DNA of 62,620 nt, counting the filler. It is 3 parts of 3 records of this genome, joined end to end, with 100 filler letters (N's around TTAATTAATTAA, not from the genome) between each part and the next. Parts side by side here need not be neighbours in the genome. Positions count along the whole stretch, not along the records: positions 1 to 30,194 come from SRR20825010_2850; 2 more parts are not named here. One strand, written 5' to 3'. The translations under genes and the position numbers were made by a program. The notes under the pieces were generated by a model. That model was given only the letters and a program-made list of their open reading frames with translations, was not told where the DNA came from and did not search any database. Of this stretch, positions 1 to 11,118 are shown piece by piece. The first letter of the stretch is position 1; each line of letters opens with the position of its first letter.

Positions 1-19
1 ACGCTGTCTTTACAATATA

Positions 20-104
20 TCAATGAACTTTTCTACTTATTTTTTACTATCGCTCTTTCTCTAAGCGGGTGCAAATGTAGCATACTTTTTTTGTTTACAC
101 AAAA
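20..104 (-). promoter_or_regulatory. Probable rRNA-operon promoter and leader (Bacteroidota sigma-A promoter plus boxA-like element), reading off the left end of the window
   Basis: Minus strand shows TTTG (103-100), then 20 nt, then TACATTTG (79-72) followed by CACCCGC. GTTCATTGA (28-20) is boxA-like. No rRNA sequence is present in the window. Confidence 0.65.
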
Positions 105-236
105 CCTTTTTCGAATTATTTTTAAAAGATTTTTTGTTTCCCCCGTAACAAGCTGATTTGCAGCTAAAATATTTATATAATTTTTTTTGCAATTTCAGAG
201 ACCACCCTAAAAACTCCAGAAAAAATAAACATTGAG

Positions 237-2222
237 CTATGAAAAGAAATTCCAAACCAATCCAAATCGTATCACAAAATCCCTGTAAGGATAATTGGGA
301 GCGGCATAAAAATTATTGCCAGAAAAAGAAGAGTTAAAATGTTCTGCCTTTAAGAATATCCTTGTTTGCTGCACTCGGGCATTAATAAAAAAGTCCAGCA
401 TAGGAAAACCTCCCAATTCCTCCTGGTTCTGGGAATAGAATTCTCCCAATACCGGATTATAGGCATCTGCATTATAGGATGTAAAATATTTGAGGGTCAC
501 CCCTGTTTGGAAGTATAGGGCCTTTTTAAACCCGAAGTTGGAATAATACAAGGTGTTTCTTGTAACTACTTCCGGCACGTTTAAAACACTATTGCTCTGG
601 GAAACATTTTGATACATTACCGTATTGTTCAGCGCAAACCCCTTCCATTTAAATTCCTTTTCATATTTGACCTTAATAATATTAATGGTACTTCCCTCCT
701 GAAAGGGTTTAATAAACGCCTGTTCCTCTCCTTCAGCCAAAGTTTGGGACGGATCCGAAGCAAAGTAGGTGTAATTGTCCACAGAAGTATATTTAGCCAT
801 TAAATCGCCAAAAACCTTGGATTCCAGATCAAATTGAAAACCGTTGTTGTTTATCTTATTAAAATCCCCAGTATGTTGCCAATTGTAATTACTGTAATCA
901 CTCTGATATAACAGAACATTAAAATTGGGCATATGCGAAGACGAGTGTATAGAAAATTTAAACTTGTTGTTCTCATTAATGTCATAACTGGCAAAGGCAT
1001 CCAATAAATTTCCGGACAGATCCCCTGAGATATTGGCCTGGGCCGAACCATTCAACCGAAAACCACCAATCTTCTTTACATATTTGGCCCCGGCAGCGAT
1101 TTCATCACCCTTTAACTGGCTTTGGATAAGCTGGGTAGGTGTTTGCAATACCGAATTAAAAAAATAGTTGTACCCATAATGATTAACAAACCCTGTCAAT
1201 TCCCCTAATGTCTTATTGGAGAATTGGGCATAGACCTGATTATAGGTAGTTTTTAAACTGGCCTTATCCGATATACCGGAGTCATAGGCCTCTCCAAAAT
1301 AATCGTTTTGGGCGGTTTGTTTATATTGATAGTATTTGGTCTCATAACTAAACTCATGCCCTAGCGCCAAAGAAGTTGTCCTGGTCCTACCCGAATCCTT
1401 TTTACTGCCGAACAAAATGTATTGATGATCCAAATAATACCTTTTTCCCAATAGCCGGTTGCTGGCATCTGTAAAAAGTACATCCAACCTGGAACGGTCG
1501 CTAAAATCGGAGTCCCCGGATTCAAACTGCAATTCCTTATTGGACAATCCCCCATTTTCCTCAAACAAGGAATTTTGGGCAGCCCCATGCGCTCTTAAAT
1601 TGTAGCGCTTATCCTTGGACTCATAATTGGCCGTCATCTTAAAATTCCCGGACTCGGCCTCACTATACTGATATTTGCCCAAGGACCTAAAACCTTTAAA
1701 TGCTATAGAAAAATTTAATCTTGGGGAGGTATTAAAAGCCAATAAGGCATCCAGTAGCTGTCCTTGTTCAAAAGTGGTCTTGAACATTAGGTCGCTCATA
1801 GGGGTCGCCACATTGTAATAATCAATATCCCTAACTTCCATATAGTTATAATGCTTCGCACTGGCACCCAACTTGGGATAGGTATCCTTTACATCAAAAT
1901 CAACTCCCAATTTATTATAAGGCTGCCCTACGTTGGCAAATGGCATCAGCTCAAAATCGTCCCTCCGCAAAAAATTGTACTTATATTCCTTCTGTATGGA
2001 GATCGTAGTATCCAGAAAAGTAGTATCCCTTTCGTAACTTATAATCTTGTAATCCCTAATGGTCACCTCCTGACTCTTATCTTCCCCATTTTTTTTAGGT
2101 GGAAGATTTCTAACTCTACGCTCCATTCCGGCCTCCTCGTTCCTTGAGGGGGGAATAGAATCTTCCTGTGCACTAATGGCCTGACCAAAAAACACTATTA
2201 AAAGTGTCAACAAATATCTCAT
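237..2222 (-). CDS. Putative outer-membrane beta-barrel porin (Bacteroidota Porin_10-like)
   Basis: Signal peptide, amphipathic beta-strand pattern, C-terminal FGLVWNFF, N-terminal DTT..I.KEYKYN.LRRDDF motif typical of this family. Confidence 0.8.
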   Translation of the reverse strand: MRYLLTLLIVFFGQAISAQEDSIPPSRNEEAGMERRVRNLPPKKNGEDKSQEVTIRDYKIISYERDTTFLDTTISIQKEYKYNFLRRDDFELMPFANVGQPYNKLGVDFDVKDTYPKLGASAKHYNYMEVRDIDYYNVATPMSDLMFKTTFEQGQLLDALLAFNTSPRLNFSIAFKGFRSLGKYQYSEAESGNFKMTANYESKDKRYNLRAHGAAQNSLFEENGGLSNKELQFESGDSDFSDRSRLDVLFTDASNRLLGKRYYLDHQYILFGSKKDSGRTRTTSLALGHEFSYETKYYQYKQTAQNDYFGEAYDSGISDKASLKTTYNQVYAQFSNKTLGELTGFVNHYGYNYFFNSVLQTPTQLIQSQLKGDEIAAGAKYVKKIGGFRLNGSAQANISGDLSGNLLDAFASYDINENNKFKFSIHSSSHMPNFNVLLYQSDYSNYNWQHTGDFNKINNNGFQFDLESKVFGDLMAKYTSVDNYTYFASDPSQTLAEGEEQAFIKPFQEGSTINIIKVKYEKEFKWKGFALNNTVMYQNVSQSNSVLNVPEVVTRNTLYYSNFGFKKALYFQTGVTLKYFTSYNADAYNPVLGEFYSQNQEELGGFPMLDFFINARVQQTRIFLKAEHFNSSFSGNNFYAAPNYPYRDFVIRFGLVWNFFS

Positions 2223-2405
2223 GCTACAAACTTACGTCGACAAAGTTAATTTTTTTGTCCTTAATGAAATGTGAAAGTTTCAAAAACAGAAAAACAACAT
2301 CATATCTATCATTCAAATACTAAACTTTAATCTTAACAGCATCTTCTAAATCCTGGCTATTCCATTGCCAATAAAAAAACCTGGTTCAATCCCCATTTTA
2401 GCGAC

Positions 2406-2437
2406 AAAAAAACCTGCAGGGGATACCTGCAGGTTTT
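2406..2437 (-). terminator. Intrinsic terminator after susD
   Basis: AAAACCTGCAGG-GGATA-CCTGCAGGTTTT hairpin with a U-tract on the minus strand, just past the susD stop. Confidence 0.8.
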
Positions 2438-2460
2438 AATACTTATAATTAAAGACGATT

Positions 2461-3912
2461 CTAGTTCAAATCCCAGAACAATTGGGTCTCTGCTTCATCT
2501 CCACCAATAGCTGAGGCAGCCGAACTATAATTGGTCCCGTTCAGTGACTGCTCAATAATTGGATAGGTATATCTATTTGGGAAACCGGAAACTGCATCTG
2601 CAGGAGTAGCCATAAGTGGATAATCCAACAATCTTATAGATGTCCACGCTTCCATTCCCCTATTGTAAAGTGAAATCCATTTTTGGGTCCCTATAACTTC
2701 TTTCCAAGGCGTGGCAGCAGTACTTGCCAAAATAGACAAGTCATAATCCACATTGGGCTGTGCCAAATAATCGGCTGCCTCTGCGGCAGTTCCTCCCCAA
2801 TCAAGGATAGAGGCTGTAATACCAGCATCATAGTGTTCCTTGGCAGTACCACCAACTTCAAATGACCGCGCCCTTGCTTCAGCCAATAAAAAGCTCACCT
2901 CAGAATAATCTAAAATAATACCTGGGAAAGTTGCCTCTTCCAACTGAGCAGAAACATGGGAATAAGAGGAATAACTAGAAGGCTCTCCAATGCCACCTCC
3001 CTCGTAAATACCATCACTAGTTGGCAAGAAATACAGCGGCAATCTTGGATCGTCCAAAGTATTCATAGCGTCTATGATAGTAGCGGCCGCAACAAAATCA
3101 TTCCTACCACTCAAAACCAAATTATCATAGACTGGATTTGTATTGGGATCGGAACCTAAATATTCGTATGCTGCATTATCATCATTACTTGTAAACACCC
3201 CGGTTGCAACAGCACTTTCCACAGTAGTTTTGGCAAAGGCCTCATCTACATCGGATAAGAGTATCCCCATTCTCAATTTTAGGGAAGCAGCGAACTTTTT
3301 CCATAACGCTACGTCACCTTCATATATTCTATCAGCACTGCCAAAACTTCCAGTACTCTCATCCAAAGCATTTATAGCAGCGGTCAATCTACCAACTAAA
3401 TCCTTGTAAATCGTTTCGCCATCGTCATACTTAGGAAGAAGATTATCAGCATCCAAAGCTTCGGAATAAGGAACATCCCCAAAAGTTTCCACCAAATTGG
3501 CATAAGTATATACATTGAGAATCTCGATAATGACCAGCTTGTTAGGCTTTAATGCCTCCAACTCAGGAGTGGAATAGGTTGTTGCCTCAATAACTAACTT
3601 GGCCTCATCCAAATCCTTTAAAACATCTTTGTACATTACGCTCCAGTGTTTTGCAGGAATGGTTCTGGTAACCTGATCATAGTTACTTTCGTCCGTATAA
3701 GTGGTTTCCTGTAAATACTGGGCCCAAAGCTTCGTGTTGTTATTGTTTACATTCAAATCTACCACTTGGTCCACCAAGTTTTTCTGCGCCCCGGTAAACA
3801 AACTTTCACCCGGTACGGCCAATGGATCCTTGATGTTCTCGTTCAAACTTTCCAAATCACTGGAACAAGAAGCAAAAATCACGGCAGTAATTAATATTGC
3901 TAGTTTTTTCAT
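2461..3912 (-). CDS. SusD/RagB-family outer-membrane lipoprotein
   Basis: Lipobox FASC, FGDVPYSEA and IGTQKWISLY motifs, directly downstream of a SusC gene. Confidence 0.92.
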   Translation of the reverse strand: MKKLAILITAVIFASCSSDLESLNENIKDPLAVPGESLFTGAQKNLVDQVVDLNVNNNNTKLWAQYLQETTYTDESNYDQVTRTIPAKHWSVMYKDVLKDLDEAKLVIEATTYSTPELEALKPNKLVIIEILNVYTYANLVETFGDVPYSEALDADNLLPKYDDGETIYKDLVGRLTAAINALDESTGSFGSADRIYEGDVALWKKFAASLKLRMGILLSDVDEAFAKTTVESAVATGVFTSNDDNAAYEYLGSDPNTNPVYDNLVLSGRNDFVAAATIIDAMNTLDDPRLPLYFLPTSDGIYEGGGIGEPSSYSSYSHVSAQLEEATFPGIILDYSEVSFLLAEARARSFEVGGTAKEHYDAGITASILDWGGTAAEAADYLAQPNVDYDLSILASTAATPWKEVIGTQKWISLYNRGMEAWTSIRLLDYPLMATPADAVSGFPNRYTYPIIEQSLNGTNYSSAASAIGGDEAETQLFWDLN

Positions 3913-3923
3913 TTTTATTTTTT

Positions 3924-6900
3924 TTAGAATTGTAATTTAAGATTGACACCAAAATCCCTTGTGGTTGGCAATGATCCAACGGAATAACCTTGAAGGTTAC
4001 CAGCAGACAAACCACTTTCTGGATCTGCATGGGGTAAGTCTTTGTCTATAATCCAAAGGTTTGATCCAATAACGCTTAAACTAGCATTGGTCAAGAACGT
4101 ATTGGCCAACAATTTGCTAGGCAAATTATAGGTAAGTGCCACTTCACGTAACTTCACATAGCTGGCATCATAGACAAATGCTTTGTCTGGCAAACCTCTT
4201 CTGTATCCAAAGGCACCAAATCTATCGGCCCTAATTCTGGAAGTGTTAGTTGCCCCATCTGGGTTTACACCCTCATTGATAAATCCTCCGCCATCGGCCA
4301 AGGTATTCCTTACAGGATTACCCAAATCGTTGATAAACGCTGTTTCTGCATACAAACCAGTAGCAAGTCCATAATATTGGTCCAAAGAAAAAATACTACC
4401 CCCTTGTTGAATATCGATCAAAAAGCTTAATGAAAATTCTTTGTAGTTGAATTTATTGGAAATCCCCATCAACCAATCTGGATTGGTATCCCCAATATTT
4501 TGATCCGATGTAGACGTTTTTATATATTGGCCATCCGCTGGATCAACTACTCTTTCTCCGTTTAGGTAAGTATAGTCCGTACCATATATAACACCATAGG
4601 GCTGACCTACTTCGGCATTAAGCGTTACCCCACCTTGGAAATCTCCCAATTGTAAAGTCTGGATCCCATCTTCCAATGATACCACCTCATTCTTATTCTT
4701 CGTCCAGTTGACCATGGCAGTCCAACTGAAGTTATCCGTTCTAACAGGATTTCCGGATATGGAAAGTTCCACCCCCTTGTTCTCGATTTCACCCGCATTC
4801 AATATCTTTTTTTCATAACCAGTAGCTCTAGATACAGGAACTCCAAAAATTTGATCCACGGAATTGGTTTGGTAATAAGCAAGATCAAAACTTAATCTAT
4901 TGCGTAAAAACTTCATTTCCAAACCAAGCTCGAAGCTTTCTGTTTTTTCAGGCTTCAAATTAGGGTTCTTTTTCTCATTGTCTACAGAAGTACTTGGTGC
5001 CCCTGGCGGAATGTTTACGTTATAAGTATCGTAAAGGAAATCGAAAGGTGCACTATTACCTACTTCTGCATAGTTGGCCCTTAATTTACCAAAGGTGATG
5101 AAATCAGCATTCAAAAGATTGGTGAAAACAAAACTTGTAGCTATAGAAGGATAGTAAAAAGTACTATTGTCCTCAGGCAAAGTAGAGGAGTGATCCCTTC
5201 TTATAGTAGCATCCAAGAAAAGTATACTGTTGTAACCCAAAGATGCGCTGGCATAAATTCCGTCTATACCAACTCTTTCATCATTTTCCACAGGAAGGGC
5301 AAGTGGCCCTGTACTATTCTGTAAAGAATATAGTTTAGGTACACTCAACCCACCGCTTGTAGCTGAATAAATGGATTGAAATTCGCTCCTTCTAATGTTG
5401 GTACCCAATATCCCTTTTAAATTAAACTGATCTGAAAGGTCTTTTTGAAAATTAAACATGAAATCATAATTGGTCTCTGTAACTTCCAGATTTCTTCTAC
5501 CGTAACCAGAATCTACGTTTCCTCTGTTTCCGGCACTATCCGGAATACCAAAGCTTGTTGGCACACTACCGTTGGCCCTTCTCTCCTCTTGTATCTCAGA
5601 ATAGGTATCTGTCGCCGCTCTAGCCGTAAAGTTCAACCAATCTGTAAATTCGTAATTCAAGGACACATTACCTATAAAACGGTTCCTGGAATCGTTCTGG
5701 TAATTCTCGTAACGGGTCCAATATGGGTTATCCCAGTAAATCGGTGCCGAACCGGCATCTGTGCTTGCAGGGTTCCAAGTAACGTTTCTTTTGGTATCAA
5801 AATAGATATCCTTTAGATCTTTTAGATCTACGTTGGTCTGCCACCATTGTTTAAAGTTACTCAAAATGTTATCATTATAACCGGTTGAGTTACGACCCAA
5901 TGCCTTGGTGTTGATGTAATTGGCATAACCAGTAACAGTTAATCGATCCGTTAACTTAAAGGATCCGCTCATTGAAAAATTATGCTTTTTAATAGTACTG
6001 TTCGGCATTAAACCGCTCTGATCAAACTGGGTATAGTTCAATCGGAAAGAACCATCATCATCATAAGACCTAGCAAAAGAAACCGAATTGGTTGTTGTAA
6101 CCGGAGTTTCAAAAAATGTTATAGGCCCGTTCTTGGCATTCACCCATGGTGTAGCCGTTCTATAGTTTGGAGAATCCGGATCCAAAGCATCCCATTGGTA
6201 TATCAATAGATTTGGATCGAACCTTCCACCATAGGAAGCATCCTCTGTAAATGGTACGGTTAAATCGGCAACTCCGTCACCGGTAACATCCTCCATATTA
6301 TAAAAATCATCTTCGTCCGGTCCATAATATGGTCCGTATCCAGCACCGTATTGATTTTGGTACTTGGCAAAAGTACTTTTATCTATAGAACCTATTGTAA
6401 TTCCCGAATTAACAGTAACCCCAATTCCTTGGGCATCCTTTCCTTTTTTGGTGGTTATCATAATAACCCCGTTGGCAGCCCTTGAACCATATAAGGCAGA
6501 AGCGGCCGCTCCTTTTAAAACGTTTACAGACTCAATATCATCAGGGTTTATATCGGAGGCGGTATTACCATAATCATAATAGTTACCACTTGCCTCCCCT
6601 TGATACTTGGAATTTGTATTCGTATTGTTTACCGGCACACCATCAATTACAAACAGTGCTTGGTTGCTACCGGTCAAAGAGGCATTACCCCTAATAACCA
6701 CGTTGGTGGATCCTCCCAAGTTGTTGTTCTTTCTGATCTGAATACCAGAAGCCTTTCCAGAAAGGGCATTTACAAAGTTTCCGCTTTTCACAGTGCTCAA
6801 GTCCTCTCCTTGAACTTCTTGTGTAGCATATCCTAAGGATTTTTTATCCCTTGAAATACCCAGGGCCGTTACCACTACTTCCTCCAGTGCTTGGGCATCC

Positions 6901-7190
6901 TCCTGCATAACAACATTAATTGTGGACGATTCACCAATTACCTTTGTAACACTCATCTGTCCAATATAACTGAACAATAGAGTTTGCCCTTCACTACCTT
7001 GAATGGTGTAATTACCATCAAAATCAGTTTGTGTTCCATTAGTGGTCCCTTCGACCAAAATGTTTACTCCAGGCAAGGCCAGACCCAATTGATCGGTCAC
7101 CGTACCGGAGATTGTTTTTTCCTGTGCGTAGGAAAAACTCATTAATAGCCCCATGATCGGAGCTAAAATCCAAGTTAGTTTTGATTTCAT
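3924..7190 (-). CDS. SusC/RagA-family TonB-dependent transporter
   Basis: N-terminal CarboxypepD_reg-like domain, LEEVVVTALG, VLKGAAASALYGSRAANGVIMITTKKG signature, C-terminal Phe. Confidence 0.95.
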   Translation of the reverse strand: MKSKLTWILAPIMGLLMSFSYAQEKTISGTVTDQLGLALPGVNILVEGTTNGTQTDFDGNYTIQGSEGQTLLFSYIGQMSVTKVIGESSTINVVMQEDAQALEEVVVTALGISRDKKSLGYATQEVQGEDLSTVKSGNFVNALSGKASGIQIRKNNNLGGSTNVVIRGNASLTGSNQALFVIDGVPVNNTNTNSKYQGEASGNYYDYGNTASDINPDDIESVNVLKGAAASALYGSRAANGVIMITTKKGKDAQGIGVTVNSGITIGSIDKSTFAKYQNQYGAGYGPYYGPDEDDFYNMEDVTGDGVADLTVPFTEDASYGGRFDPNLLIYQWDALDPDSPNYRTATPWVNAKNGPITFFETPVTTTNSVSFARSYDDDGSFRLNYTQFDQSGLMPNSTIKKHNFSMSGSFKLTDRLTVTGYANYINTKALGRNSTGYNDNILSNFKQWWQTNVDLKDLKDIYFDTKRNVTWNPASTDAGSAPIYWDNPYWTRYENYQNDSRNRFIGNVSLNYEFTDWLNFTARAATDTYSEIQEERRANGSVPTSFGIPDSAGNRGNVDSGYGRRNLEVTETNYDFMFNFQKDLSDQFNLKGILGTNIRRSEFQSIYSATSGGLSVPKLYSLQNSTGPLALPVENDERVGIDGIYASASLGYNSILFLDATIRRDHSSTLPEDNSTFYYPSIATSFVFTNLLNADFITFGKLRANYAEVGNSAPFDFLYDTYNVNIPPGAPSTSVDNEKKNPNLKPEKTESFELGLEMKFLRNRLSFDLAYYQTNSVDQIFGVPVSRATGYEKKILNAGEIENKGVELSISGNPVRTDNFSWTAMVNWTKNKNEVVSLEDGIQTLQLGDFQGGVTLNAEVGQPYGVIYGTDYTYLNGERVVDPADGQYIKTSTSDQNIGDTNPDWLMGISNKFNYKEFSLSFLIDIQQGGSIFSLDQYYGLATGLYAETAFINDLGNPVRNTLADGGGFINEGVNPDGATNTSRIRADRFGAFGYRRGLPDKAFVYDASYVKLREVALTYNLPSKLLANTFLTNASLSVIGSNLWIIDKDLPHADPESGLSAGNLQGYSVGSLPTTRDFGVNLKLQF

Positions 7191-7713
7191 TTACTTTTTT
7201 TTAAGAATTAGTCGACCACAAACTTGTAAAAAATTCGTTAAAAAACCTAAAAAATTTAACAGAAGCATTACCATTTGTTAAACTTACCCCCTATTATTGT
7301 TAAATTGTTAATATTTTAGTCGTTTAACAATAATTAACCTAAAGAATTGTGCTAAATACCTAAAGATTCTTAACCTAAGATTATTCCTACCATGTATGTT
7401 GACATATTTTAACAGATTTGAATGAAGTAACAATCCTTCCAAAGGCCCTTTTTCCTTGAAACAAATCCTTGCCAATCGTTTATAATATCCGATTGCCAAC
7501 TACTTTCTTATCTTCGGAATGATGAACCCACTCTTTTACAATACGATGACATACCAGAGAATTTGTTTCCAACGTCCATTCATCCCTTTTATAAATTTTT
7601 ATATTTGACAACAGTTGGAGAAATGTATTCCCTGTAGACAGGCTTGTCTTCCGGACAGCTATCTAAATTGATGAAGTATTTCCAATTCCAAACGACATTA
7701 GAACAGTGCATAA

Positions 7714-8310
7714 ATGTTAAAAGCCTTTTATAAATATGATCTCGAAGCTGGAACGGATGAAGCCGGTCGTGGTTGTTTGGCAGGACCTGTTACCGCTGCG
7801 GCCGTTATTTTACATAAGGATTTTTCCAACGACAGCCTTAACGACTCAAAAATTCTGTCCTCTACAAAAAGGGATCTACTTAGGCCTATAATTGAAACAA
7901 ATGCTACCAGCTTTGGAATTGCCCATATATTTCCAGATGAAATTGACAAAATCAACATTTTGAACGCGTCTTTTCTCGCAATGCACAAAGCCCTGGATCA
8001 ATTGGATACCAAGCCCGAATTTATCATTGTGGATGGCAACAGGTTTACCCCCTACCACAACATCTCCCATGCCTGCATTGTAAAAGGGGACGGCAAATAC
8101 CTCAGCATTGCCGCTGCTTCCATCCTGGCCAAAACCTTCAGGGATGCCTATATGGAGAAAATTCATTTGGAATACCCCATGTACAACTGGTTAAAAAACA
8201 AAGGCTACCCCACCAAGGAACACAGAGAGGCCATACGTAAGTACGGTATCACCAAATATCATCGAAAAACTTTTAGACAATTACCAGATCAATTAAAACT
8301 GGACGTTTAA
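7714..8310 (+). CDS. rnhB: Ribonuclease HII
   Basis: [29 protein letters not shown] and NKGYPT motifs. Confidence 0.96.
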   Translation: MLKAFYKYDLEAGTDEAGRGCLAGPVTAAAVILHKDFSNDSLNDSKILSSTKRDLLRPIIETNATSFGIAHIFPDEIDKINILNASFLAMHKALDQLDTKPEFIIVDGNRFTPYHNISHACIVKGDGKYLSIAAASILAKTFRDAYMEKIHLEYPMYNWLKNKGYPTKEHREAIRKYGITKYHRKTFRQLPDQLKLDV

Positions 8311-8339
8311 AAATCCTAAATTTGTTCAAAGCTTTATTT

Positions 8340-10799
8340 ATGAAATTCAAATTACTTACTGTACTCTTTATACTCTTGATCGGATGCACAGAACAAAGCT
8401 CTAAGACCTCACCAATACTCTACTACGTTCCCCATAACAGTGCCATTATCATAAAATTAAACGACAAACCCTCTTTTTCCAGTGAACTGGAGAACAGCGA
8501 CCTTCTCAAGACCTTATCCGCTACACCCCCCTATACCTCAATACTGGAAAAACTAAAATCCTTAAAATATATCCAGCCCAATGGAGAGAGTATTCTAGCC
8601 TTCGTGGAATTGGGAAAGGCAAATTTTGAACTGCTATTAATTGCCCAGAACAGTGATGATCTTTTTCAAATTGAGGACGGCAACAATAAAGTGGTTGAAA
8701 ACATAAGTTATGAGGGGAAAAACTTTGACAGCTACAGTGTGGACGGGGCCAATTTCTTTTCCACGGTGTTGGATGACAAAATTATAGTAAGCTCCGCGCA
8801 AATGCTGATCGAAAACATTCTTCGCAATGAAAGGGACTTAACAGCTGACGAATCCTTGAATAAATTATATCAAATCGCCAATAATCAGAGTAGTGCCAAT
8901 ATATTTATAAACACCAATAAAAGTAATCCCTTGCTTAACCACATTTTGTCCGATGGGCATAAAGTGGATATATCCAAATTTACGGACTGGGTATCCCTGG
9001 ATTTTAACACCAATAAGGACCACCTAAAACTAAATGGCATTAGCATGGCCAACGATTCTATTATCAATTACAGCAATCTTTTTAAAAACAGTCATGCCCT
9101 AACTCCCAAGACGCCCGCTCTGGCCCCGATGGCCTCCGATGCCATTATGGCCTTTACTTTTGACAATTACGAAAACTTTGCCCTGAACCAAAAAAGATAT
9201 TTGGACAGATCCATTGTTATAGATACCACCTTTAAAGCTGTGGAAGAAATTGGATTTGTATACATGAACAAGGAGAAAGCGGTTATTCTGCATACCTACG
9301 GTTCCGAGAATATCCTGAACTACTTGGATAAGTTGGAAAAAACTTCGGAAGAATACCAAGGTAATGAAATTGTTGGGCTCTCCAAGTCGGATTTTCTTAA
9401 TCATTATTTCAACCCACTAATACAGGATTTTGATGCCAATTATTATACCATCATAGAAAATGCGTTTGTTTTCTCCCCGAATCCGGAGACCTTAAAGACC
9501 TTCATTGGAAATTTTAAAAATGTTTCCACTTTCGAAAAAACATCGGTTTACAAAACAGCAAAAGAACAGTTGGCAGACGAATCGTCCATGCTTTTTGTAT
9601 CCAATGCAGATGGGATTGAATATTTTTTGGATCAGTACACGGACAAGGACATTTCCAAAAACGTTAAAATCAAAGAACTTTCCGAGTATTCCTTTGCCGC
9701 GCAAATGGTTGCGGATGACAATTTTCATCACACCAACATACTTTTCCAAAAAATTGCCCACGAAACTACGTTGAACAAAACCATTCCCTATTTCACCCTG
9801 CAGCTGGATACAGAAATAGTGACGCCACCTCAATTTGTAAAAAACCACAGGACCAATAAGGACGAAATTATAGTCCAGGACCAAGACAACAACCTCTATC
9901 TAATTTCTACGGACGGCAAGGTAATTTGGAAAAAACAATTAAGCGGTAGAATACAAGGACGTGTAGAGCAGGTAGACCTTTACAAAAATGGAAGACTGCA
10001 ATTGGCCTTCACTACGGATAATCAGTTTATGATAGTAGATAGAAATGGCAAGGACGTGCCTCCCTTTACCTTCTCATACGAAGGTGGCAATTTAAACCCC
10101 TTGGCCGTATTTGATTACGACCGCAAAAAAGATTACCGGTTTTTGGTCACCCAGGGAACAAAACTATTTATGTACAATAGCGCGGGACAGATTGTAAAAG
10201 GCTTTAAGTACACTAAGGCAGCAAAACCCATACTGGGGACACCCAAGCATTTTAGGGTAGGAAAAAAGGATTATTTGGTCATGAAACAGGAAGGTGGAGA
10301 ATTGAAAATATTATCCAGGACCGGTGACACACGGGTGAATGTATCCAATAAAATAAATTTTTCAGACAATGAGGTTCTTTTGCATAAAAACAAGTTTACG
10401 GTTACCGACACCAAAGGCCATCTTTTCCAAATAGATGAAAAAGGAAAAACAACCACAGCCAATCTAAACCTGCTCCCAGACCATGGTTTGGATGCCACAA
10501 GTAATACCTTGGCGATTATGAACGACAATGTACTGACCATAAGGAGCAAAAAAGTGGAATTGGATCTTGGGGTATATTCCAAACCGAGGATTTTCTATTT
10601 GAACGACAAGATATACATCAGTGTTACTGATATTCAGAACCAAAAGATTTATCTTTTCGACAGTCAGGCAGAAGCCGTTTCCAATTTTCCTGTACCCGGG
10701 AATTCCAGTATTGATCTCATTGATATGGACAACGATCATAAGCTGGAACTTGTAGCAAAGGACCAGGACAACTCCATCATCGTATACAAAATAAATTAA
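8340..10799 (+). CDS. Conserved Flavobacteriaceae lipoprotein (DUF3352-like N-terminus, C-terminal beta-propeller); ATG 8340 preferred over TTG 8322
   Basis: Lipobox LIGC after a hydrophobic stretch; propeller-like repeats (QVDLYKNGRLQL, DMDNDHKLEL). Confidence 0.65.
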   Translation: MKFKLLTVLFILLIGCTEQSSKTSPILYYVPHNSAIIIKLNDKPSFSSELENSDLLKTLSATPPYTSILEKLKSLKYIQPNGESILAFVELGKANFELLLIAQNSDDLFQIEDGNNKVVENISYEGKNFDSYSVDGANFFSTVLDDKIIVSSAQMLIENILRNERDLTADESLNKLYQIANNQSSANIFINTNKSNPLLNHILSDGHKVDISKFTDWVSLDFNTNKDHLKLNGISMANDSIINYSNLFKNSHALTPKTPALAPMASDAIMAFTFDNYENFALNQKRYLDRSIVIDTTFKAVEEIGFVYMNKEKAVILHTYGSENILNYLDKLEKTSEEYQGNEIVGLSKSDFLNHYFNPLIQDFDANYYTIIENAFVFSPNPETLKTFIGNFKNVSTFEKTSVYKTAKEQLADESSMLFVSNADGIEYFLDQYTDKDISKNVKIKELSEYSFAAQMVADDNFHHTNILFQKIAHETTLNKTIPYFTLQLDTEIVTPPQFVKNHRTNKDEIIVQDQDNNLYLISTDGKVIWKKQLSGRIQGRVEQVDLYKNGRLQLAFTTDNQFMIVDRNGKDVPPFTFSYEGGNLNPLAVFDYDRKKDYRFLVTQGTKLFMYNSAGQIVKGFKYTKAAKPILGTPKHFRVGKKDYLVMKQEGGELKILSRTGDTRVNVSNKINFSDNEVLLHKNKFTVTDTKGHLFQIDEKGKTTTANLNLLPDHGLDATSNTLAIMNDNVLTIRSKKVELDLGVYSKPRIFYLNDKIYISVTDIQNQKIYLFDSQAEAVSNFPVPGNSSIDLIDMDNDHKLELVAKDQDNSIIVYKIN

Positions 10800-10962
10800 G
10801 AAAAATAAGGAAGCAATATCTCAACCATAATCCTCGATTAAGTAAGCTTTTTCGATTTTTTCGATAGGAAAAATTTTATTTTAATTTCTCATTAATCTTA
10901 CATTTTAGGGCTTCACTATCCCCTGCCGTATCTCTTTTCTTGCAAACTTTTTTAATGTAAAT

Positions 10963-10991
10963 GTTAACCATTGGTTTTAACGCACCATTAA
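10963..10991 (+). promoter_or_regulatory. Putative ECF-sigma promoter, copy 1 (before the OmpA gene)
   Basis: GTTAACC-N16-CATTAA; lies 156 nt before the ATG, farther than the other copies. Confidence 0.55.
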
Positions 10992-11118
10992 TACATAAAA
11001 ACAGGCAAGATATACACCTCTGAAGGCGCAAGCCTTAAATTTTGTTAATTTTAGTTAATATATTGACCTAAAGTTGATTGAGGTAAAAAACACTGCGAGA
11101 ACATTAAAATTAAAGATT

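Noticed and set aside
61-255. 64-aa ORF and the many short antisense or nested ORFs in the track
   Set aside because: They overlap promoters or well-supported genes and show no family motifs
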